The translations under genes and the position numbers were made by a program. Below the pieces are notes generated by a model. The model was not told the origin of the DNA. It saw only the letters and a program-made list of their open reading frames with translations, and made no database searches. DNA of 63,885 nucleotides, the filler included, from Chiloscyllium plagiosum (lineage: Eukaryota): assembly GCF_004010195.1 (NCBI RefSeq). It is 6 parts of one record of this genome, joined end to end, with 100 filler letters (N's around TTAATTAATTAA, not from the genome) between each part and the next. Parts side by side here need not be neighbours in the genome. Positions count along the whole stretch, not along the records: positions 44,710 to 51,770 come from NC_057714.1; positions 51,871 to 59,797 come from NC_057714.1; positions 59,898 to 63,885 come from NC_057714.1; 3 more parts are not named here. The stretch is one strand, 5' to 3'. Below are positions 49,415 through 60,544 of the stretch, in pieces; within the stretch, counting starts at the first letter, position 1; every line of letters starts with the position of its first letter.

Positions 49415-51770
49415 AAACATAAGACCATAAGACATAGGAGTGGAAGTAAGGCCATTCGGCCCATCGAGTCCACTCTGCCATTTAATCAGGGCTGATGGGC
49501 ATTTCAACTCCACTTACCCGCATTCTCCCCATAGCCCTTAATTCCTTGTGACATCAAGAATTTATCAATCTCTGCCTTGAAGAAATTTAGCGTCCTGGCC
49601 TCTACTGCACTCCGCGGCAATGAATTCCACAGGCCCACCACTCTCTGGCTGAAGAAATGTCTCCGTATTTCTGTTCTGAATTGACCCCCTCTAATTTTAA
49701 GGCTGTGCCCACGGGTCCTAGTCTCCTCACTTAACGGAAACAATTTCTTAGCGTCCACCCTTTCCAAGCCATGTATTATCTTGTAAGTTTCTATTAGATC
49801 TCCCCTTAATCTTCTAAACTCCAATGAGTACAATCCCAGGATCCACAGCCGTTCGTCGTATGTTAGACCTACCATTCCAGGGATCATCCGTGTGAATCTC
49901 CGCTGGACACGCTCCAGTGCCAGTATGTCCTTCCTGAGGTGTGGGGCCCAAAACTGGACACAGTACTCCAAATGGGGCCTAACCAGAGCTTTATAAAGTC
50001 TCAGCAGCACATCGCTGCTTTTATATTCCAACCCTGTTGAGATAAATGCCAGCATTGCATTCGCTTTCTTAATCACGGATTCAACCTGCATGTTTATCTT
50101 TAAAGAATCCTCGACTAGCACTCCCAGATCCCTTTGTACTTTGGCTTTATGAATTTTCTCACCGTTTAGAAAGTAGTCCATGCTTCTATTCTTTTTCCCA
50201 AAGTGCAAGACCTCGCATTTGCTCAGATTGAATTTCATCAGCCATTTCCTGGATCACTCTCCCAAACTGTCTAGATCCTTCTGCAGCCTCTCCACTTCCT
50301 CAGTACTACCTGCCTGTCCACCTAACTCCGTATCATCGGCAAACTTCGCTAGAATGCCCCCAGACCCTTCATCCAGATCATTAATATATAATGTGAACAG
50401 CTGCGGCCCTAACACTGAACCCTGCGAGACACTACTTGTCACCGGCTGCCATTCCGAAAAAGAACCTTTTATCCCATCTCTCTGCCTTCTGTCAGACAGC
50501 CAATCCTCAATCCATGCCAGTAGCTCACCTCGAACACCATGGGCCCTCACCTTACACAGCAGCCTCCCGTGTGGCTCCTTATCAAAGGCCTTTTGGAAGT
50601 CTAGATAGACCACATCTACTGGGTTTCCCTGGTCTAACCTACTTGTCACCTCTTCAAAGAATTCTAACAAGTTTGTCAGGCATGACCTCCCCTTACTAAA
50701 TCCATGTTGACTTGTTCTAATCCGACCCTGCTCTTCCAAGAATTTAGAAACCTCATCCTTAACGATGGATTCTAGAATTTTACCAACAACCGAGGTAAGG
50801 CTAATTTGCCTATAATTTTCTATCTTTTGTCTTGATCCTTTCTTGAACAAGGGGATTACAACAGCGATCTTCCAATCATCTGGGACTTTCCCTGACTCCA
50901 GTGACTTTCGAAAGATCTCAACCAACGCCTCCGCTATTTCCTCAGCCACCTCCCTCAGAACTTTAGGATGTAGCCCATCAGGGCCAGGAGATTTGTCAAT
51001 TTTAAGACCTTTTAGTTTTTCTAGCACTATCTCTTTTGTAATGGCAACCATACTCAACTCAGCCCCCTGACTCCCTTTAAGTGTTGGGATATTACTCATG
51101 TCTTCCACTGTGAAGACTGATGCAAAGTACCTATTAAGTTCTCCAGCTATTTCCTTATCTCCCATCACTAGGCTTCCAGCATCAGTTTGTAGTGGCCCAA
51201 TGTCTACTTTTGCCTGTCGTTTGTTTCTTATGTATTGAAATAAACTTTTACTGTTATTTCTAATATTACTGGCTAGCATATCTTCATATTGGATCCTCTC
51301 CTTCCTTATTTCTCTCTTTGTTATCCTCTGTTTGTTTTTGTAGCCTTCCCAATCTTCTGATTTCCCAGTGCTCTTGGCCACTTTATAGGATCTCTCTTTT
51401 TCCTTGATACATTTCCTGACTTCCTTTGTCAGCCATGGCTGTCTAATCCCTCCCCGGATAATCTTTCTTTTCTTGGGGATGTACCTCTGTACTGTGTCCT
51501 CAATTATACCCACAAACTCCTGCCATTTTTGCTCTACTGTCTTCCTGGCGAAGCTCTGCTTCCAGTCGATTTTCGTCAGTTCCTCTCTCATGCCCTCGTA
51601 ATTACCTTTATTTAACTGTAACACCATTACATCTGATTTTGCCTTCTCTCTTTCAAACTGCAGACTGAACTCTACCATATTATAATCGCTGCTTCCTAAG
51701 TGTTCCCTTACTTTAAGATCTTTTATAAAGTCTGGTTAATTACATAGCACTAGGTCCAAAATAGCCTGCT
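49415..51770 (-). mobile_element. Young CR1 ORF2, one in-frame stop in the annotated ORFs, cut off by scaffold gap
   Basis: 474-aa and 244-aa ORFs in the same frame separated by TGA at 50254-50256; KFADD intact. Confidence 0.96.
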
Positions 51771-52002
51771 NNNNNNNNNNNNNNNNNNNNNNNNNNNNNN
51801 NNNNNNNNNNNNNNTTAATTAATTAANNNNNNNNNNNNNNNNNNNNNNNNNNNNNNNNNNNNNNNNNNNNGAGCAGCTGATTAATGGTCACCTAAAACAG
51901 ATTTGATCCATTCAGGGAGAGGACAGAAATGTTTAATTTCCACCTGAAAAAGCCAAGCTGAGGAGCACAGTGAAAAGTTCTGAGGTAACAAATGTATAAA
52001 CT

Positions 52003-52300
52003 GCAGGTAGTTCTCCTCTAATGCTGTAGTTGTGTTCCAACAAAACCCCACTTAATAGAAAATCACTTAATGGAAATAATGGGGCCGATGGGAAAAGTGC
52101 GGTTCGGGGCAAATCAGCAAAAAGTGATCTCTCAAAAATCACTCAAAAGTCTCGCAAGGTGTAGCACAGCCTGAATGAAGGTTTCAATCATATTTACAAA
52201 GGAAACAAAAGTAAATTTAACATATAACATTGCAAAAAACATTGTTAATGTAGGGCCTGAAACATTTAAAACAATGGTGGAATTTATGAGGGATCCTGAG
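52003..52300. mobile_element. Possible Tigger/pogo-like DNA transposon remnant
   Basis: Begins CAGGTAGTTCTCCTCTAATGC, resembling recalled Tigger-type termini; no second TIR seen. Confidence 0.35.
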
Positions 52301-53414
52301 GCAAAGAATGTGGTTCACATTGACAGTGAGAAGGTTTGGCACTATTTGTGATCATGGACTTTGCTGGGAAATGGGATACTCAATGCTGATAACAATGCTG
52401 TTTTATTTTGTTTGTGAGCGTGGGACTGCAAGTCCTGCCAATGTTATCAATCATAGCATAAAGGAACCGTAATGCATGCAACGCAATGTGGCCTTATTAT
52501 TTATTTTGTTTATTTTGGTGTGGTCTGGGTGGAGGAATTTTTATTTTCATAAACACAATATTTTGATACTTTTATGTAATGATCCAGTTAAAAGATGAAA
52601 ATCTGAAGTCATAACTGAATATCTGTCAACCCTGGAAGGTCACAGCAATATGACCGCAAAACCACAGAGATTTCCTGCAGGGCAAGATGATGTCCAACCC
52701 TCTGTGGCTTGCTAAAATGGCGGAGCTAATCTCACCGTGCTCTATCCCCCAAGTCCCTGAATCTTCACCTCCTTCATTTAATGCAAAACAGGGACAAACC
52801 ACTCTGTTTGATTGGCACCAGATCCACAAACATTCACCTCCTCCACCACTCAGTAGCAGCTGAGTGCACCATCTATGAGATGCACTTCAGGAATTCACCA
52901 AGATTCCTGAGACAGCATCTTCCATGGCCATCACCATCTAGAAGGATAAGGTACATGGGAACAATACATATTCCCCTCAAGCCACACACCACTGTGATTT
53001 CAAAATATATTACCATTCTTTTAGTTTTGCTCGTCCAAAATCCTCGAACTTCCTCTTTAATGGCAGTATAGGTGTGGTGGCACCCATTTTACTGCAGCGG
53101 TTCAAAAAGGCAGTTCACATCATCTCGAGAGTAATTAAGGGTGAGTAATGAATAATTGCTGACCCAAATGGAAGATTCTGTACTCAACAATTTCCTGCTG
53201 ATCTCAATAACCAAATAACTGCAGACTTTGAAATCTGACGTAAAAACAGAAAATACTCTGGTGATTAGGCATCACTTATAGGGAGAAAGGGTTAATGTTT
53301 CAGGTCCCTTTCTCACAGCCTGTATATGTCAGTATTTAAGCTCTACAAGACCTTTCCCACCTATCTGGGGCATTGTCAGCTTTCATATGCTAATCAACAA
53401 GCTACCAGTGCTTT

Positions 53415-54825
53415 TGAATTGAATTGAATTTATTGTCACGTGTAGCGAGGCACAGTGAAAGACTTTCTGGATCAGTGGTGCTGGAAGAGCACAGCAGTTC
53501 AGGCAGCATCCAAAAAGCTTCGAAATCGGCGTTTCGGGCAAAAGCCCTTCATCAGGAAACACCTGCAGTCATTGTTTTTACCACATTGAAAAGCTTTGTC
53601 TTGTGAGCAATACAGGCAGATCACAGTGTTAAGTAGCATAGATAAGTAAATAATCGGTAAACAGCAGCAAAAACAAAAACACAGGTACAGGCGAATATTA
53701 AGAATTTGTGAGTCCATTCAGTAATCTAACAACAGTAGGGTAGAAACTGTTTCGAAACTGGAGGATGATGTGATGTATACGAAGGTTGGTAGGGTGGAAG
53801 GTGAGCACCAGGGGGGTTCTGTCCTTGTTGCGGTTGGAGGGGTGGGGTTTGAGGGCGGAGGTGTGGGACGTAGATGAGATGCGCTGGCGGGCATCATCAA
53901 CCACGTAGGAGGGGAAATTGCAGTCTTTAAAGAAGAAAGCCATCTGTGGTGAAACTGTTCTTCCTGGGATTGTGGATCAAAGTGGTACTGGAAGAGCACA
54001 GCAGGTCAGGCAGCATCCGAGGAGCAGGAAAAGCTGGTTTCCAGCATCTGCAGTCCTCACGTTTGCCCTGTTCTTCCTGGGAGCAGATGCAGCGGAAGTG
54101 GAGGAATTGGGAATACGGGCTGGCATTTTTGCAGGACGTGGAGTGGGAAGAGGTGTCATCTGCCGACATTTCCGCTATCTACAAACGGACCCCACCACCA
54201 GGGATATATTTCCCTCCCCACCCCTATCCACTTTCTGTAAAGACTATTCCCTCCGCAACTACCTGGTCAGGTCCACGCCCCCTGACAGCCCACCCTCCCT
54301 TCCCGGCACCTTCCCCTGCCACTGAAGGAATTGCAAAATCTGCGCCCAAATCTCCCACCTCACCTCTGTCCATAGCCCCAAAAGAGCTTTCCACATCCAT
54401 CAGAGTTTTACCTGCACTTCCACACATGTCATTTACTGCATCCTTTGCTCCCGATGTGGTCTCCCTACACTGGGGAGACAGGAAAACTACTCGCAGAGCA
54501 CTTCAGAGAACATCTCCGGGACATCCACACCAATCAACCCCACCACCCCGTGGCTGAAGACTTCAACTCCACCTCCCACTCTGCTGAGAACATGCAGGTC
54601 CTGGGCCTCCTCCATTGCCACTCCCTTCCACCTAACGCCTGGAGGAAGAGTGCCTCATATTCCGCCTCGGAACGCTTCAACCCCACAGCAACAATGTGGA
54701 TTTCACCAGTTTCCTCATTTCCCCTCCCCCACCTTAGCCCAGTTCCAACCTTCCAGCTCAGCACTGTCCTCATGATCTGTCCCACCTGTCAATCTTCCTT
54801 CCCACCTATCTGGTCCATTCTCCAC
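53415..54825. mobile_element. Rex/Babar tail (-) plus rearranged Penelope-like element (inverted 5' part 53760-54150, + strand GIY-YIG part 54155-54825)
   Basis: RTPLVLTFHPTNL (-); RHFRYLQTDPTTRD and YTGETGKLLAEHFREHL (+). Confidence 0.85.
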
Positions 54826-56445
54826 ATGTCCCGTTGAAAGCAAAGGATAGGAAAGGCAAGATTTGTGAATCATGGGTGACAGGAGAAATTGTATGACCAG
54901 CCAAGAGGAAAAGGGAAGCATACATAAGGTCCAGGCAGCTAAGAATGGAACGGGCCCTGGAGGGATATCGGGAGAGTAGGACCAGTCTTAAACAAGGAAT
55001 CAAGCAGGCTAAAAGGGGTCATGAAATAGCATTAGCAAGCAGAATTAAGGAGAATCCCAATCGGGTAACTAGAGAAAGGATTGGTCCACTAAAGGATAAT
55101 GAAGGAAGGCTGTATGTTGAACCTGAGAGAATGGGTGAGATTCTGAATGGTTAATTTGCATCAGTGTTCACTGACGAGAGGGACATGATAAATGTTGAAA
55201 TTAGAGATAGAAGTTTGATCAGTCTGGATCACGTTGACATAAGTAGGGAAGATGTGTTGGGTAGGCTAGAGGTTATTAAGGTGGACAAATCCCCAAGATC
55301 AGGTGGGATCTATCCCAGGTTGCTGAGGGTGGAAAGAGAGGAAATAGCTGGGGCCCTGACAGATATCTTTGTAGCATCCTTAAACACAGGTGAGGTGCCA
55401 GAGGACTGGAGGGTTATTCATGTTGTCCCCATGTACAAGAAGGGTAGTAGGGATTTTCCAGGTAACTACAGACCAGTGAGCCTGACGTCAGTGGTGGGAA
55501 AGTTGCTGGAGACGGTACTGAGTGTTCGGATCTATTTATACTTGGAAAAGAATGGGCTTATCAGTGAGAGGCAACATGGTTTTGTGCGGGGAGATCTTGC
55601 CTTACCAACTTAATAGAGTTCTTTGAGGAAGTGACCAAGCTGATAGATGAAGTAAGGACTGTTGATGTCATCTACATGGATTTTAGTAAGGCATCTGATA
55701 AGGTTCGAGCTGAAAATGTGTTGCTGGAAAAGCGCAGCAGGTCAGGCAGCATCCAAGGAACAGGAGAATCGACGTTTCAGGAAGAAGGGCTTATGCCCGA
55801 AACGTCGATTCTCCTGTTCCCTGGATGCTGCCTGACCTGCTGCACTTTTCCAGCAACACATTTTCAGCTCTGATCTCCAGCATCTGCCGCCCTCACTTTC
55901 TCCATCTGATAAGGTTCCCCCGGTAAACTAATAGAGAAAGTGAAGTGTGCAGGGTGTTGTAGTGAGGTGGATAAAGAACTGGTTGAGCAACAGGAGACAG
56001 AGTAGTAGTTGAAGGAAGTTTCTCGAAATGGAGAAAGGTGACCAGTGGTGTCCCACAGGGATCAGTGCTGGGGCCACCGTTGTGTGTGATAGACATCAAT
56101 GATCTGGAAGCGGGCATTGTTGGTATGGTCAGCAAGTTTGTAGATGACACAAAGATTGGTGGAGTAGCAGAAAGCATAGGGGACTGTCAGAGAATACAGG
56201 AGAATATAGATAGACTGGAGAGCTGGGCAGAGAAGTGGCAGATGGAGCTCAATCCAGGTAAATGTGAGGTGATGCATTTTGCGAAGTTTAATTCTAGAGC
56301 AAGCTATACAGTAAATGGAAGAGCCTTGGGAAAAGTTGATGGGCAGAGAGATCTGGGAGTTCAGGTCCATTGTACCCTGAAGGTTGCTGCACAGGTGGAT
56401 AGAGTGGTCAAGAACGCATACAGTATGCTTGCCTTCATCGGACAG
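54825..56445 (+). mobile_element. CR1 ORF2 remnant
   Basis: NYRPVSLTSVVGK, SGVPQGSVLGP, SKFVDDTK. Confidence 0.92.
55707..55902. mobile_element. Palindromic Penelope-derived insertion with 15-bp target duplication
   Basis: 72-bp inverted arms 55707-55778 and 55799-55870; CATCTGATAAGGTTC at 55692-55706 and 55903-55917. Confidence 0.9.
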
Positions 56446-56499
56446 GGCACCATCGGAATGCCAGAGAATTCCTAGAGGCCTGGCACTCCAACCACAATG

Positions 56500-56719
56500 C
56501 CATAAACATAGAACATAGAACATAGAACATAGAACATAGAACATAGAAGAATACAGCGCAGTACAGGCCCTTCGGCCCTCGATGTTGCGCCGATCCAAGC
56601 CCACCTAACCAACACTAGCCCACTATCCTCCATATGCCTACCCAACGCACGCTTAAATGCCCATAATGAGGGAGAGTCCACCACTGCTACTGGCAGGGCA
56701 TTCCACGAACTCACGACTC
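56500..56719 (-). mobile_element. CR1 3' terminus, (TTCTATG)n tail; near-identical copy at 59572-59797
   Basis: Direct sequence comparison. Confidence 0.9.
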
Positions 56720-57719
56720 NNNNNNNNNNNNNNNNNNNNNNNNNNNNNNNNNNNNNNNNNNNNNNNNNNNNNNNNNNNNNNNNNNNNNNNNNNNNNNNNN
56801 NNNNNNNNNNNNNNNNNNNNNNNNNNNNNNNNNNNNNNNNNNNNNNNNNNNNNNNNNNNNNNNNNNNNNNNNNNNNNNNNNNNNNNNNNNNNNNNNNNNN
56901 NNNNNNNNNNNNNNNNNNNNNNNNNNNNNNNNNNNNNNNNNNNNNNNNNNNNNNNNNNNNNNNNNNNNNNNNNNNNNNNNNNNNNNNNNNNNNNNNNNNN
57001 NNNNNNNNNNNNNNNNNNNNNNNNNNNNNNNNNNNNNNNNNNNNNNNNNNNNNNNNNNNNNNNNNNNNNNNNNNNNNNNNNNNNNNNNNNNNNNNNNNNN
57101 NNNNNNNNNNNNNNNNNNNNNNNNNNNNNNNNNNNNNNNNNNNNNNNNNNNNNNNNNNNNNNNNNNNNNNNNNNNNNNNNNNNNNNNNNNNNNNNNNNNN
57201 NNNNNNNNNNNNNNNNNNNNNNNNNNNNNNNNNNNNNNNNNNNNNNNNNNNNNNNNNNNNNNNNNNNNNNNNNNNNNNNNNNNNNNNNNNNNNNNNNNNN
57301 NNNNNNNNNNNNNNNNNNNNNNNNNNNNNNNNNNNNNNNNNNNNNNNNNNNNNNNNNNNNNNNNNNNNNNNNNNNNNNNNNNNNNNNNNNNNNNNNNNNN
57401 NNNNNNNNNNNNNNNNNNNNNNNNNNNNNNNNNNNNNNNNNNNNNNNNNNNNNNNNNNNNNNNNNNNNNNNNNNNNNNNNNNNNNNNNNNNNNNNNNNNN
57501 NNNNNNNNNNNNNNNNNNNNNNNNNNNNNNNNNNNNNNNNNNNNNNNNNNNNNNNNNNNNNNNNNNNNNNNNNNNNNNNNNNNNNNNNNNNNNNNNNNNN
57601 NNNNNNNNNNNNNNNNNNNNNNNNNNNNNNNNNNNNNNNNNNNNNNNNNNNNNNNNNNNNNNNNNNNNNNNNNNNNNNNNNNNNNNNNNNNNNNNNNNNN
57701 NNNNNNNNNNNNNNNNNNN

Positions 57720-58550
57720 TAGAAAAAAGGAGATTGAGGGGGGGACCTGATTGAGGTTTACAAAATCATGAAGGGTATAGACAGGGTGGATAGAGACAAG
57801 CTTTTTCCCAGGGTGAAGGATTCAATAACGAGAGGTCACGCTTTCAAGGTGAGAGGTGGAAAGTTTAAGGGGGATACACGCGGCATGTACTTCACACTGA
57901 GGGTGGTGGGCATCAGGAATGCGTTGCCAGCAGAGGTGGTAGAGGCAGGCACGGTCGATTCATTTAAGATGCGTCTGGACAGATGCATGAGTAGGTGGGG
58001 AGCGGAGGGATACAGATGCTAAGGAATTGGATGACAGGTTTAGACAGTGGATTTGGATCAGCTCAGGCTTGGAGGGCCGAATAGCCTGTTCCTGGGCTTT
58101 CAATTTTCTTTGTTCTCTTTGTTCTATATCTCCGACCTATCACCTTTCTCCCCACCTCCATCTTCCTATTAGACTCTCAGCTACCTTCCCCCAGTCCTAC
58201 CCCCCTCTCCCATTTATCTCTCCACCCCTGAGGCTTCCAGCCTTATTCCTGATGAAGGGCTTTTGCCTGAAACATGATTTTCCTGCTCCTCAGATGCTGC
58301 CTGACCTGCTGTGCTGTTCCAACACCACACTCTTGACTCTAACCTCCAACATCTGCAGTAATCACTTTTGCCAGAATAGGTGAATTGGCCATGCTAATTT
58401 GCCCATAGTGTTCAGGGGTGAGTACGTTAGGTGCATCAATCGGGGTAAATGTCGAGTAGTGGGTTTGGGTAGGATACTCTTTGGAGGGTCGGTGGGGACT
58501 TGTTGGGCCATAGTGCCTGTTTCCACACTGTCGGGATTCTATGATTCTAT
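57720..58550 (+). mobile_element. CR1 3' end (57720-58125), Penelope terminus (58125-58370), HE1 3' half (58375-58550)
   Basis: Similarity to other copies in this window. Confidence 0.85.
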
Positions 58551-60005
58551 GACAGAGGGTTATGATCTTCATCCCCACCTTTAGGTGCAGCCTCTCCAGC
58601 TCCCCGAGTTCCTTCGGCCATGACCTCACAGATTTGCTGACACTCAGACTTGTTCCAGCAATATAGCTTGCTTTAATCTTTTCAGTGTTGTCTGTAATGG
58701 TGTGTAAGTTGACTCCCTCATTCCTGTTAAGCAAGCTATATCACATCTTCTCTGTTTATGCTCAGAACACTTTATAACATCGGGCTTCTCTTCCAGTGTT
58801 ATAATCTTTCTTTTGCATTAACCACCTGCAATTTTACCACCAGGACACTTCTTGCTAACATTTTGTCACTGTGCCCCTCCATTTTTTGCCAAAAAAGGGA
58901 TTATCTAGGAGTACATTGTGTGATATGTGGTACAAGAACAAATGAGAAAGGCAAACGTTATGTATAAGAGTAATGCAGTCCTGCTGGAAATATACAGGGC
59001 TTAAAAAGGAATTAGACAAGAATAATCTTACCTCAGAGGGAGAGCAATGAACATTCATTTGTTTAATGTTTGAGATGAAGCTGCTCAGTGTATAGCACTG
59101 TACCTCTCACATGCTCTGACAGCAGCTGACATCAGCACTTCTGCAGAACAAAGTGTGTGAAACAATCCCTGCTGGAATTGTTCTTGAAAATACCGTTCCC
59201 TAATGCTTCACCAATGATGAAGGGCTCCAGCCCAAAACGTCGATCCTCCTGCTCCTCGGATGCTGCCTGACTGGCTGTGCTTTTCCAGGACCACACACTC
59301 AACTCTGACCTCCCGCATCTGCAGACTTCACTGTCCCTCAGCAATGGTATAGCCAAATCATGCTGCCAGAAACCTGCTTTATATGAGAACTACCTTTTTT
59401 TACTTGATGACCAAGTTAACAACAGCAAGTTAAGTAAGTTACAGACTTAAGGAGTATCAATTGAAAGCTAAAAGAAAATCAGGAACATAGATTGTTAAAG
59501 TATATTGAAATATTAAGGGCCTGCAGCGAAGTTGGTGAAATCATTATGATGTTGACGTTTAAAACACAGGGGCATAGAACATAGAAGAATACAGCGCAGT
59601 ACAGGCCCTTCGGCCCTCGATGTTGCGCCGATCCAAGCCCACCTAACCTACACTAGCCCACTATCCTCCATATGCCTATCCAATGCCCGCTTAAATGCCC
59701 ATAATGAGGGAGAGTCCACCACTGCTACTGGCAGGGCATTCCATGAACTCACGCCTCGCTGAGTAAAGAACCTACCCCTAACATCTGTCCTATACCTNNN
59801 NNNNNNNNNNNNNNNNNNNNNNNNNNNNNNNNNNNNNNNNNTTAATTAATTAANNNNNNNNNNNNNNNNNNNNNNNNNNNNNNNNNNNNNNNNNNNNCCC
59901 CCGTGTGCCCCTCCCCCATCGACCCGAAAGCCCAGCACACACACAGTGCACACAGTTGACTCTCTGCCTGTCCCCCTGCAGTTGGTCACGGTCTTGCTGC
60001 CTCAC

Positions 60006-60199
60006 CTGGTGTCTATCCCTTGGTTGACCCTGCACCACCGATGTCGGAGATGTTTCAGGCTCTCCATGTACTGGGCCAGTTGAGCGATTGGCTTTTGACC
60101 ACAGTCTCTCATTCTCTCCATCAGATTCTCAGCTTCCTTTATGTTGCTGCCAATTTCCTGGTAGAATTCCTGGCCCTTGTTCACCTCATGTTGCAGGCT
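60006..60199 (-). CDS. Plakin-family (desmoplakin/plectin/dystonin-like) spectrin-repeat exon (194 bp, phase 0->2)
   Basis: ctcccag|AGC acceptor, CAG|gtgagg donor; 65 codons ending LRHRWCRVNQGIDTR, aligning without gaps to recalled desmoplakin ..LTDRWQRIDKQIDFR and plectin ..LLERWQAVLAQTDVR. Confidence 0.75.
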
Positions 60200-60544
60200 C
60201 TGGGAGGGTAGGTCAAACTGGTTAATCCTAGGGATCATCTTAAACTTTGTCAATGAACAAGTAGATCACAGTGGATTCTAACCCGTGCACACTGTCAGGA
60301 TGCCTGGTCTAGCATTCCTTCTCCCTCACCCACTGCCCTTGAGTCTCTTGCTAAAGTCAATTCCATTGCTGTGGGTCTGGAGTCACATGGAGTCACATGA
60401 CGAGGTAAGCTGCTTTTTGTTCAAACCCTTGTCCCCACAGCATTATACTGGGGCTCCAGGGTTTCCCATTTCCAGTGACAGTACCACACTTGCTGCTACT
60501 GAGTGTGGGTGCTGGTGGGGGGAGTGGATGTGGTGCCAATCAAA

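Noticed and set aside
59104..59140. Possible 37-bp minus-strand micro-exon
   Set aside because: Contains a stop in the phase needed to follow the plakin exon; no homology.
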